A DNA stretch of 64,000 bases from Amphiscolops sp. MND2022. Its lineage: Eukaryota. Positions 34,764 through 44,335 of this stretch are shown piece after piece. The translations under genes were made by a program, and so were the position numbers. The notes under the pieces are model-generated. The model ran no database searches, was not told where the DNA came from, and saw only the letters and a list, made by a program, of their open reading frames with translations. Position 1 is the stretch's first letter; every line of letters begins with the position of its first letter. The stretch is taken from contig OZ076409.1 of NCBI GenBank assembly GCA_964187785.1, positions 92,754,001-92,818,000 of the forward strand, in the 5' to 3' direction.

Positions 34764-37511
34764 TCAAGAAGATGGAGGAGGAAAAGGATATTTTATCCGT
34801 GAATAAATTTCAATTGGTGTATCCGTAGTAGAAGTGACAGGATTGTTAATTAAAGTGTCATGTTGAGTAGTTAGATTGTCATTCGAGTGAAAGTTTTTAT
34901 GAGTATAATTAGGAAGTGTAGGATGTTGAACAGGAGAGAAAAGAAGAGGAGTCGTTTTATGGTGAGAATTGTGGTGTCGTTTCGGAAACAAGTTAAATTT
35001 AGGAAATTGAATTTTGTTAGGTCGTTTAGTATAGAAAGGTGGAGGGGAAGTAACATCGGTAGAATGGTTAATTAAATTTGGAGAAGTGTCAATAAAATTA
35101 TCTAAGGATTTGGATTTTAAAAGTGTACTTTTGGGTTTTTTGTTTTGAGTCTCATGGAGGTCACTGACCATTCGTGCTGTAAGAACATTAAAAAAACCAT
35201 GTGCTATAGAACTAAGTAAAGTAATATTATTTTTGAGATTATATTTAATAGATATTGTTTTGTACAGTTTTACAATGAGTGTAAGAGTAGCTTGTACGAA
35301 AAGAAATGTAGAAAAGTATTTACCACATTGTGTGAGAATGTAACAAGGGTATCCAAAAAGTGCAATAAAAGCATCTGAAAACCATGTAGGTGTAAAAAGA
35401 GGAGTTAAATTCAAGAGTTTATCATGGAGTCCTATGCGTAATGTATTGTAAGGATTACCAGAATCTTGAGGGGAATCTGCATCGTAATTTGGAGTATTAG
35501 ATGAAATGAAAGAATAACTAAGAGCTTTGCCTAGTAATTGGAGTGTAGAATCAGAATGTTTAGAAAATACAATACGGTTCCAAAATTGATCAAGTTCTGC
35601 ATTTGAATATCTACCAGCATCTTGGGCTGTAAAAGTATTAGGGCGTATTGTAGTTTTGATTTGTGAGGGTGTAAACATTAGTGGAGGTTTGCGTTTGATA
35701 GGTTCAGGTCCAAGAGTGTAAAAGTCTTGATCGTCTGAATCAGGATCTAGTTCAATAATGTTACGTGGATTATTATCACAGGTAATTGGTGTAGCATAAT
35801 CATAAGTTTGTCTTGTAATAGGATCAACGTACATTAAGGTGTCTTTAAAATGTATGGGTATACGGTCAAAGCATCTATCTGCTTTGTATAAAGGAGATAA
35901 AAAATGAGGACAGTCATAAAGCCAGGCGGTTGAGCCTTCAACATATAAGAAGTTACTTCTATTACCGGTTAAAAGGAAAACAGCAAGTTGAGGGTTTTGT
36001 ACTGACATTGCGAGTATTGTAAAGAGTTGATTTCGTTCTAGTTCACATATTGTATGAAGAGTATTTAGTTCTTGTACTGTCATTGATCGGAAAACATGAT
36101 TAATAGTATAATCGATTTTGGTGTTTATAAGTGCATCATAATCAATGGTAGCAAAATTGTTTGATACATTTAATGCAGGAAATACAAATTTGTTATTTGA
36201 AGTGTCCAATACTATTTTACCAGAAATATACTCATCAATCATGGAATGAGGATTAGGTTGTCCTGTATGCATATTGAAACCATCGGTGTATGTAACAAAA
36301 AGGTCTGAATATTGTGTAGAATAAAGAGGATCTGGTTTACCACAAAAGGTTTGTGCTGTAGGGCAAACTTCAAATCTTGAACGACTTGGATTATTTGGGT
36401 GTTATGTATGAGGAGAATAAACATAGGGGTGTTCTGTACCTTTTATGCCAGAAGCTGTTTTAGATTTTATTGGATGTGGAGAATGTACAAAAGAGTCTGT
36501 TTCAATCCAATATCTATCTTCAATTTTAGTCATACGTCCAATAAAGTCTTGTAGGGTAAAAATTAGACAATAATCATCATTAAACCAAACAAGAGTAAAA
36601 GGAGTTTTTGTAGTGGGTTTACAGAAGCCATCTGCAAAGTAGCAGGGTAATGTATGTCCATCAATTATCATGTCATTTGATGTGTCATCATATGTAAGTT
36701 CTACTTCAGAAACTTCTAGTCGCCAACTAACTAAGTTAACTTCGAATTGATGATGAGCAGGACAGTTATGATAAGGGTTTTTTGTAGGGTCATATATCCA
36801 GTTTTTATCAGCAGGCATAAATGTAAATGTACCTGTATACATTTTGTTCAGTTGATATACAGTGAAAGGAGTTTGATATTGTTCTAAACGTTCTTGGGAA
36901 TAATGGTCTTCTAAGAGTGTAAAGGTTTTGTTGTATTGAAGGTTATTCAGTATTTTATCATTTGTACCATTTAAATGTCGTATAATGTTTTTACCTTCTG
37001 CTGGATCAAGAGTAACAGGGAGCGGTAATGTATTATGATTCCATACGGTTCGATCAACACGACGGTATTTTACGGAACCTTGAAAGCATATTTTTCTTTC
37101 TTTTTTTGCATAAGCAACACATTTAAAAGCTTTGATGAGTTTAGTTTTTGCTCGGACATATACACGGGCTTTAACACTTGCATGTTTAATGTCGGAAGGA
37201 GCTTCAGTGCATTGTTTTACATTGAGTAAATTAAATTGTCTCAGATTGTCTTGTTTTGCACAGTCATAATGAGAAACCATGAGATTTGTAATATTCGGGT
37301 CATCCGATGGAAGATAGTTGTCAGTGTCAGAGGGTGTTATGGGTATGGAAAAGATAGAGTTAAATAAATGTAAATAAAGAATTAGAGTTGTTATGTAAAA
37401 GGTTGTATAGGGTTTAAAAAGATGTTGTATATTTAAGACCGAAATATGGGTTACAGAAGACAATATTGCCATATGTGATAGTGGGTATATTAAGATCGCG
37501 TTCAAATTCAA
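34764..37511 (-). CDS. env: Env-like class III fusion glycoprotein (chuvirus/Monjiviricetes-type), one in-frame stop at 36402
   Basis: Signal-like FYITTLILYLHLFNSIFS; HYDC...NLLNVKQC; FCGKPDPLYSTQYSDLFV; INTKIDY; CELERNQL...NPQL...VEGSTAWLYDC; CFDRIPI...YVDPITR...C; GRYSNAELDQF; C-terminal hydrophobic segments; N-x-S/T sequons; ORFs 36402-37511 and 34764-36272 share one frame. Confidence 0.82.
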
Positions 37512-38655
37512 TATGTACTACTTCGAAAGGAGCAGGAGAGGTTTTATGTTCTATCTTAGAAACGTGAAATATTGGGTGTGGATTTAATCCTTGAAATTTA
37601 ACTTTGACTTCAAATTTAAGTTCTAGATTTGATGTCTGAAGGCGTTTTAGTTCTGTTTCTTTGCGTTTGTGAGATAAGAGGTCGTTGTTGTTAATAAAAC
37701 GTTCTGCAAGAATTGGAAATCGGGGATCGTTTTGTGGGTCGTAGATGGTTATACCATCGACTCTAAGTGGATAGTCAGCAAAATTTGGAGTTGGAGGTCT
37801 AGAGTGTTCTGCAGTATAGTATTCGGGCAGTCTAATATGTGCAGGAACAGGAGTAGGGATTACTACTTGTGAAAAGAGATCTCCTGATAGAAATGCAGTC
37901 TGTGGGTTAGATGAGAGTAATGAAGCGGTTTCAAAACCAGAAGTAAAATAAGGAGATTGAAAGAGTTCTGAAGATGGTGTGTCAGAGGACAATGGTTGAG
38001 CGTGTTGTCGTACAAGTCGTAATGCAGAATTGCTAGAAAGAGTCGAAAAATTGAGTGTTGAAGTGTCTGTACTAAGTCTACGTGAAGGAAGGTCACGAAG
38101 ATTATATCTATGTTTAGGTACAAAAAGTGAGCTTGTGTCTTGTGATGGAGCGTAGTCTGAAGTATTATTGTCTAAGAGATTCGAGAGTGATGTAGAGGGT
38201 TTTCGAAGAGGTTTTAATGGTGGATAAAGTTTTGAAGGAGTAGTGCTAAGTTCTGAAGGTAATTTTAGTGGAGGTAGCTTTGTATATTCAGTATCAGGGA
38301 TTTGTACAAGATTAAGTTGAGGTTGGAGTCTAACAGTTTTGATAGCTGTAGGATGTTTGTATGTTACGTATTGTTCAACTCTTTCAGGGTTTGGTATGTG
38401 TATAATAGGAGTGTTAATAGGAGTTTGTTGGGGACGAGTGTTTATAGGAATTTCAGTTATAGGTGGTCTGTGAAGAAGTGAGGAAGAGGTGGTTTCAGAG
38501 ATGTATGATCTTGGTCTTTTAGAAGGAGTAGTAGGAGTTACATTACTAGAGTTTGTAGTGCTAGATACTGATGATTCAGGTGGGGAAGGAATTCTTGGAG
38601 CTGATGGAGATATATCGGAGGGAGGATCCAGGGTTGTTGAAGTGTTTTCAACTGG
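37414..38655 (-). CDS. Met-less 414-codon frame (P/S/T-rich then globular), probably the N-terminal leader of Env
   Basis: Manually checked open from 38655 to the stop at 37414 with no ATG; abuts the env frame across a T5 run near 37418. Confidence 0.65.
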   Translation of the reverse strand, partial: PVENTSTTLDPPSDISPSAPRIPSPPESSVSSTTNSSNVTPTTPSKRPRSYISETTSSSLLHRPPITEIPINTRPQQTPINTPIIHIPNPERVEQYVTYKHPTAIKTVRLQPQLNLVQIPDTEYTKLPPLKLPSELSTTPSKLYPPLKPLRKPSTSLSNLLDNNTSDYAPSQDTSSLFVPKHRYNLRDLPSRRLSTDTSTLNFSTLSSNSALRLVRQHAQPLSSDTPSSELFQSPYFTSGFETASLLSSNPQTAFLSGDLFSQVVIPTPVPAHIRLPEYYTAEHSRPPTPNFADYPLRVDGITIYDPQNDPRFPILAERFINNNDLLSHKRKETELKRLQTSNLELKFEVKVKFQGLNPHPIFHVSKIEHKTSPAPFEVVHIEFERDLNIPTITYGNIVFCNPYFGLKYTTSF

Positions 38656-38741
38656 TTATCTTTGAGATAACTTGTTATGGATTATATTTCATTCAACCGG
38701 AGTGACTAGTTTTGAGTGAGCCAACAGATAGAATGACTAGA

Positions 38742-40080
38742 TTACAGTTGTGAAGGTGTAATAAAAAGTCTATAATCTAATTTGAGTTGTTGTCGTAGTT
38801 TATAGGTAGTTTTTGTGGTTCTGTCAATTAGAGGAGGAAGTGAAGTGGTTTGGTTATTAGATGAGTGTCTTGATCTGTCACTAGAGATAATAGTATGAGG
38901 GGTATTAATTATATGTCTATATAAGGAGTTGTCATTGGTTGAGGGAGTCAAAGAATTATCATTGGATGTTATAGATGGTGTTTTTCTGATTGGATGTACT
39001 AAATGATGATGGTGTTACAAATGTTTGGGAATCTTCTTCTGACAACGATTCGTCTGAGTTAAAAGTAGAAGAATCACTGTTTGCATATTTGGTAGGTTGT
39101 GGAATTTGAAATTGAGTTGTGTCTGAAAAGCGCATAAAACTACGCAGGTGTGGATATAAGAGTGGTTCTTTTGGATATTATGGAATTGAATGATTTCTGT
39201 GGACGTGTACTGTAGAGCCATCTTGTGCAAGTAGTGCATATGTGACGTCTGATAATCTGTCAAGAATTTTATATGGTCCAATCCGAAGGGGTTTTAGTTT
39301 GTCAGAAAAGTGAACGTGGGTAAAATTGCGTTTTAAAACAAAGGTACCAATAGGAAGGGGTTTACCTTCATGGTAAGTTTTTGTAATATATGCGTGTGAA
39401 TTGATTTTTCTTCGAGTGTTTTCGTATACTGTAGAATAAATTTGTAACATAGCAGTTTCTACAGCGAGAAACCAATGTGGAATGGGTTTCGAAAGTGTTT
39501 TATAGAAAAATTGGTTTAAATCGGATTTATCATAATGGGAGTGTGCTGGAAGTTGAGAGCAATATCGTGGAATACATGTTTTAGAGGTGTCTCGGTTAAG
39601 GTTCAAATCAAATGTAAGGGGTATTCTGGGTCGAGTGTGGAAATCAATTTCGTGAGGTGAAATGTTGAGTTCTGAAAGTGGTTGTGAATTATGTGCATAA
39701 GCGTACATATGGACTTGGAATGCCCAATCTTTAGGTGTGTCATGTAAGAACATCCGTAAATGGGTACCAAGATTTCTATTTTGGACTTCAACAAGGCCGT
39801 TTGTCCAAGGAGAATAAGCTGTTCGAGGAGAATGACGAATTCCCACAAGTGTGCAAAGGTGTGCCATTTCTTTATTAACATATTCTGATCCACGATCAAT
39901 AACAAGATATATGGGTGGTCCAAATTTAATAATCCAATGGTGTAGGAGAGTTTTGATAGCAGTCTTTGCGTTGTTTGATTTGATGGGTACTGTAACAACA
40001 AAGTGACTAAAAGCGTCAATTATCACGTGTATATAGGATTTGTTGTGAGAAGGAGGATTAATAGGTCCTTTAGTGTCCAT
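38742..40080 (-). CDS. pol: Integrase core, GPY/F module and C-terminal tail (stop at 39178)
   Basis: MDTKGP, IDAFSHF, DRGSEY, NGLVEVQNR, GPYKIL...VHRNH. Confidence 0.93.
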
Positions 40081-43000
40081 TGAAATTCGATAGTTGAAAG
40101 ATGGAGCATGTTCTGAAAAAGATTGTCTGGGCAGTTTGAATTTTCATATTAAAGTGTTTGTTTCGTTGACATTCAATACAATCATGTATAAAAATGGAAA
40201 GCCATTTTTCAAGGAATGGGATATAGTAATATTGTTTGAATGTATTGTAGGTGATTTTCATACCAGTATGAGAGTGTTCATGAAGTTTGTTAAAGACAGT
40301 TTTAAACAGTCGGAAAGGTAGGCATATACGAATAGTGTCTTGTACAAAATTTGGAGTAGAGGATTGGTTAATAACAGTGGGGTTTGTAATATATAGACTA
40401 ATAAGATTTGTGGATTCGTCAATGAAAAGTTGTGAAAATCTTTTGTAATATACATGTAGCATTGGAGTACCAGTGATAAGAGGTGTTACAAATTCGGGTT
40501 TTTCATTATTTAATAACCAAGAATAAACAGTTCTAAGAACCGGATCTTGAGATTGTTGTTGTTGAAGAGTTTTCATGTCTAATGAGTAATCATCGGGAAG
40601 GAAGAAACCTTGAAAATAGTTTTTGTACTTAAAAACTGATGTATCATAAAAAAGTACGATTTGTTGACAGTGTGTGAGAGATGGTAAACTTGGTTGTACA
40701 TTTATTGCAGAAACTGATTTTTGTGAGGTATTGTGAGTTGGTTGTTTAAGAGTAGAATAATTTTCTGTTTGTAATGTTGTGTCTTGTAAGAAGGAAGAGT
40801 TAGATTTTGGAATTCTGGTGTAAATATGATCTTCGTCATCACTTGTAACGTCAGTATCATTAAGTAAGAGAGATTGTTGATGAAGGGTTTTGTTGTTCTT
40901 TTTGGTAGGTGTTTTGAATTTAGTTTGAAAAGGAGTTATGGATTTGAATGAGAAGGATTGTAACGGTTTGACAACCATGTCATTTCCTTTATCATTGATA
41001 CGAATAGAGAATTGATCTGTACCATAATCAGCAAGAATTGGATGAGAGTCATGTTTTTGATGAGGTAAAATTTCTTCATGTTTTATTAAGTAATGTACAG
41101 GTTTAAGAGTGTTATCTTGTAAAAGTGCAAAATCGATTTGTGGTGGGAGGTGTTTATGTTTTAATTGGTTTAGTTGTATTTCAGCTTTTGTGAATGAGCG
41201 ACTCAACATATCGGCAACAGAGAGATTTTTTCCAGGAGTGTGAATTATTTTGAGTTTTGAAAATTTTGTCAGTTGCATTTGAGCTCTATAGAAACGAGGA
41301 CTGAGATTACCTTTCTTTGTAAAACAATGTAATAAAGGTTTGTGGTCAGTAAAAATGTGTATTGGATGGGGAGAACCTATGATGAGAAATTCATAGATTT
41401 GAAGTGCGTGTACTACACCAAGAAGTTCTCTATCAAGTGTGGAGAGTTTTTGTTCTTGTGGATTAAGTATACGAGAGTTGTATGATATGACTTTCATTTT
41501 GTTTTGTTCATTTAATTGGAAAGAGACAGCGCCTAATCCGATAAGGGAAGCGTCAACTGTAATAAAAAACGGATGTTTTGTATTTGGTATTGTTAATTCT
41601 GTTTCAGAAGTGAGAGACATTTTAAGTTTTTGGAATAGAGTTTCGTGTTCGTCTGTCCATTTCCAAAGAGTGTTTTCATGTAAAAGATCGTAAAATGGTT
41701 TGAGGTTGATATGTAGTTTTTCAATAAATTTGGTGTAAAAATTGAGTGCGCCAATGAAACTCATTAGGGCAACTTTGCCAGTTGGAGAAGGGATCTTATG
41801 AATAGCTGCAATTTTTGAATGGATTGGTTTAATTGTATTGTAACCAATTTCATGTCCAAGGAATTTGACTTTAAGAAGCATGAAAAAGGATTTTTCAGGG
41901 GCTAGTTTAAGATTGTTTTTTGAACTAATAATGTACAATTGTTCTAAGAGTTGAAACATGTGTTCTTTAGAATCAGATAAAAGTAATATATCGTCAATGT
42001 AGACAAGAGCGAAACCTTGTTCTATAAGGGTTTTAAAGAAAGTAGACATTTGTTTTGTAAAGAAGTTTGGTAGTCCTTTGAGACCATAAAAGCCTCGGAT
42101 AAAAGCGAAAAGTTTGTCTCCGGAGGAGAAACTAGTAAGTTTTATAGTATCTTCGTCAAGAGGTGTATGTGCATAGGCATACATAAGGTCAATAGCGGAT
42201 TTGTACTTTTTATTTGCGCGTGCTAGTTGTGGAGCAAGAGGTTCAATAGGCCAAGATTCATCAGATTGTTCTGTATTGGAGTTAAGATGTCGAGCGTCTA
42301 ATACACATTTTATTGTATCTCCCTTGGGGATTATAATAAGAGGATTTAAATAAGTTGTGCCATAAACGGGTTTGTGTTGAGGAGAAGAACCAATTTGTTT
42401 GATAATGTTATATTTTTCGAGTTCTTTGAGAAGTACGTTAAGTTTGTCTCGGTAGTGAATAGGGACTTTGGAAGGACGTTGTGTTATAAGTTGAGCATTT
42501 GGTTTAAGTCTTATACGAAAGGGTGTTGAAATTTTTCCAACATCGTTTTTATGAGTTGCATAACATGTTTTATATTTGAGTAACATATTGCAAAGAGTAA
42601 TGTATTCTGAATCTGTAAGGTCAGAAACTTGGAAGTTAAATTTATTAATAAATTTCAGATTTTCAGAAGTATATGGGAGAGAAGGGAAAATGCGTTTTTC
42701 GGAAGTATGAGAAGTAGGCTGAACGTTATATAAAGGAGAAGTTTGATTTGGAATATCGTTATTTGTCATATAAATTTGATGTAGAGAGAATTGAGGAGGA
42801 GGGGTTGTAGGATCATCATATTGTACAATATAGTTGGTCTGTGGAAGTGGTTCAGTAATATCAGGATGATAAGTATGGGTAACGTTATGTATTAAAGTAT
42901 TAGTGTCGTTAACTTGGAAGAATTTAGGTTCTTCATTAGTAATTGGAACTTCAATGTATCCAATATGTCCAGTAGGTAGGGTTGCAATATGTTTTGAAGT

Positions 43001-43798
43001 GTTCTGAATAATAGTTGCACATATATCTGGCTTGTCGTCTGTAAAAACTTCAATGAAATTGAAATTTGTACGGAATTTGGTAGCAAAATAGGTATGAGGT
43101 ACTGAAGGAAAGAAGTGATTTTGTGGTGTGGTTGTAAAATGAAGATTATGATAATTTTTGATCGGAAAGTGTGCAATTTTGGAAGATTTGGGTTTTAGAC
43201 GTATCTGAGTTTTTGAGTTAATTCTATAAATATAAGAGAAGTATGGATAATCTTTAGATAGGAGTGTTGTGAATTTTGTATAATTTGGGTGTGTTTTTGA
43301 TTGGTATTTAACTTCGAGTGTAAAGTCTTGTATGTTTATGTTTTGTATATTGTCTTCAAAGAATGGTGTGCCAAGGATGTTGTATTTGATATCAGCTACT
43401 GCGAAGGGTACTGAAAAGTAACGAGAGTTTTCATCAATAGTGGTGTTCAAGATTATATTTGCATAGTGTAAAATAGGAACTTCAGTTTGGTTTGCAACGG
43501 TTAATGTTTTGGAATTTCGAGTTGGTCCAACATCAGAGGTGTGATTTGATCTAATATCTAGGAGTTTTGTAAGAGTTATGTATGTTGGGTAATTGAGTAC
43601 AGAAATGGAAGCACCGCTATCTAGGAGGATTGCAATTTCTAATCTAGATGGGTTGTCTCTTTGTACTATACTTGATGGGGTGTGTACATATAGAGTATAA
43701 AACCAACTTGTAGGTGTGACAGCATTTGCCATTGCTGTTGAGTGATACATGTGTACTTCAAATTTGATAGGGTCAGTTTGGTCTTGTTGTTGTATCAT
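40070..43798 (-). CDS. pol: Pol: protease, RT, RNase H, integrase zinc finger
   Basis: LLDSGASISVL; VLDARHLN, YIDDILL, SFIGALNFY; TVDASLIGLGA, TDHKPL, ADMLSR; HEHSHTG...CIECQ; frameshift near 40125. Confidence 0.95.
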   Translation of the reverse strand: MIQQQDQTDPIKFEVHMYHSTAMANAVTPTSWFYTLYVHTPSSIVQRDNPSRLEIAILLDSGASISVLNYPTYITLTKLLDIRSNHTSDVGPTRNSKTLTVANQTEVPILHYANIILNTTIDENSRYFSVPFAVADIKYNILGTPFFEDNIQNINIQDFTLEVKYQSKTHPNYTKFTTLLSKDYPYFSYIYRINSKTQIRLKPKSSKIAHFPIKNYHNLHFTTTPQNHFFPSVPHTYFATKFRTNFNFIEVFTDDKPDICATIIQNTSKHIATLPTGHIGYIEVPITNEEPKFFQVNDTNTLIHNVTHTYHPDITEPLPQTNYIVQYDDPTTPPPQFSLHQIYMTNNDIPNQTSPLYNVQPTSHTSEKRIFPSLPYTSENLKFINKFNFQVSDLTDSEYITLCNMLLKYKTCYATHKNDVGKISTPFRIRLKPNAQLITQRPSKVPIHYRDKLNVLLKELEKYNIIKQIGSSPQHKPVYGTTYLNPLIIIPKGDTIKCVLDARHLNSNTEQSDESWPIEPLAPQLARANKKYKSAIDLMYAYAHTPLDEDTIKLTSFSSGDKLFAFIRGFYGLKGLPNFFTKQMSTFFKTLIEQGFALVYIDDILLLSDSKEHMFQLLEQLYIISSKNNLKLAPEKSFFMLLKVKFLGHEIGYNTIKPIHSKIAAIHKIPSPTGKVALMSFIGALNFYTKFIEKLHINLKPFYDLLHENTLWKWTDEHETLFQKLKMSLTSETELTIPNTKHPFFITVDASLIGLGAVSFQLNEQNKMKVISYNSRILNPQEQKLSTLDRELLGVVHALQIYEFLIIGSPHPIHIFTDHKPLLHCFTKKGNLSPRFYRAQMQLTKFSKLKIIHTPGKNLSVADMLSRSFTKAEIQLNQLKHKHLPPQIDFALLQDNTLKPVHYLIKHEEILPHQKHDSHPILADYGTDQFSIRINDKGNDMVVKPLQSFSFKSITPFQTKFKTPTKKNNKTLHQQSLLLNDTDVTSDDEDHIYTRIPKSNSSFLQDTTLQTENYSTLKQPTHNTSQKSVSAINVQPSLPSLTHCQQIVLFYDTSVFKYKNYFQGFFLPDDYSLDMKTLQQQQSQDPVLRTVYSWLLNNEKPEFVTPLITGTPMLHVYYKRFSQLFIDESTNLISLYITNPTVINQSSTPNFVQDTIRICLPFRLFKTVFNKLHEHSHTGMKITYNTFKQYYYIPFLEKWLSIFIHDCIECQRNKHFNMKIQTAQTIFFRTCSIFQLSNFNGH

Positions 43799-44335
43799 AT
43801 TGATTTTATTTCTGGAATTCGAGTGTGAGCGAGATCTAGAAAGTCTAGAGTCTCTTGGTCTTGAAGGTGGTCTATATGAATTTGTGTATTTGGTGAATTT
43901 GTTATCTCTTGAATAGGAGCGTGATCTGTATCTAGGACGAGAGTTTTGTCTATATGGGGATCTATAAGAAGATCTGTAAGGAGAACGGTAAGATCGAGAA
44001 TCACGTTTGTATGTATCATATCTTGATTTGGAGTAGTGTGGAGGAGTAGTATCTTTGTCATAACGAAATTTGTCTCTATCTCGAGATGTAGAACGGTATT
44101 GGTTTTGTGAATACCTTTGGTTATAAGAGTTGTCTGGTGAGGTACTTCGACTTCGGTATAGATTATCATATTGTTTTGTTCTGTCATTGGATGGAGAACG
44201 AAAGTACTGAACGAAAGATTTTTGTGGAGATTTTGATCGAGCATATGCTTCTCGGTTATCTTCATCATCTCGTTGTTTTTTGAAACAAGCAGAAATGGAG
44301 TGATTTGTTCTATGACAGTATGAGCAATAATTTTT
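43799..44335 (-). CDS. CCHC zinc knuckle plus Arg/Ser/Tyr-rich region, in frame with both gag and pol (not in ORF track)
   Basis: Manual translation KNYCSYCHRTNHSISACFKKQR...YRSPYRSSYRSPYRQNSRPRYRSRSYSR...SRSRSHSNSRNKIN-M(pol); no stop between 44335 and 43799. Confidence 0.85.

Noticed and set aside
37410..37422. UUUAAAC -1 frameshift heptamer before env
   Set aside because: Wrong phase; joining the frames needs +1, not -1
43795..44268. 157-aa ORF between gag and pol in the track
   Set aside because: Alternative frame; the frame with the zinc knuckle and RS tract is continuous with gag and pol
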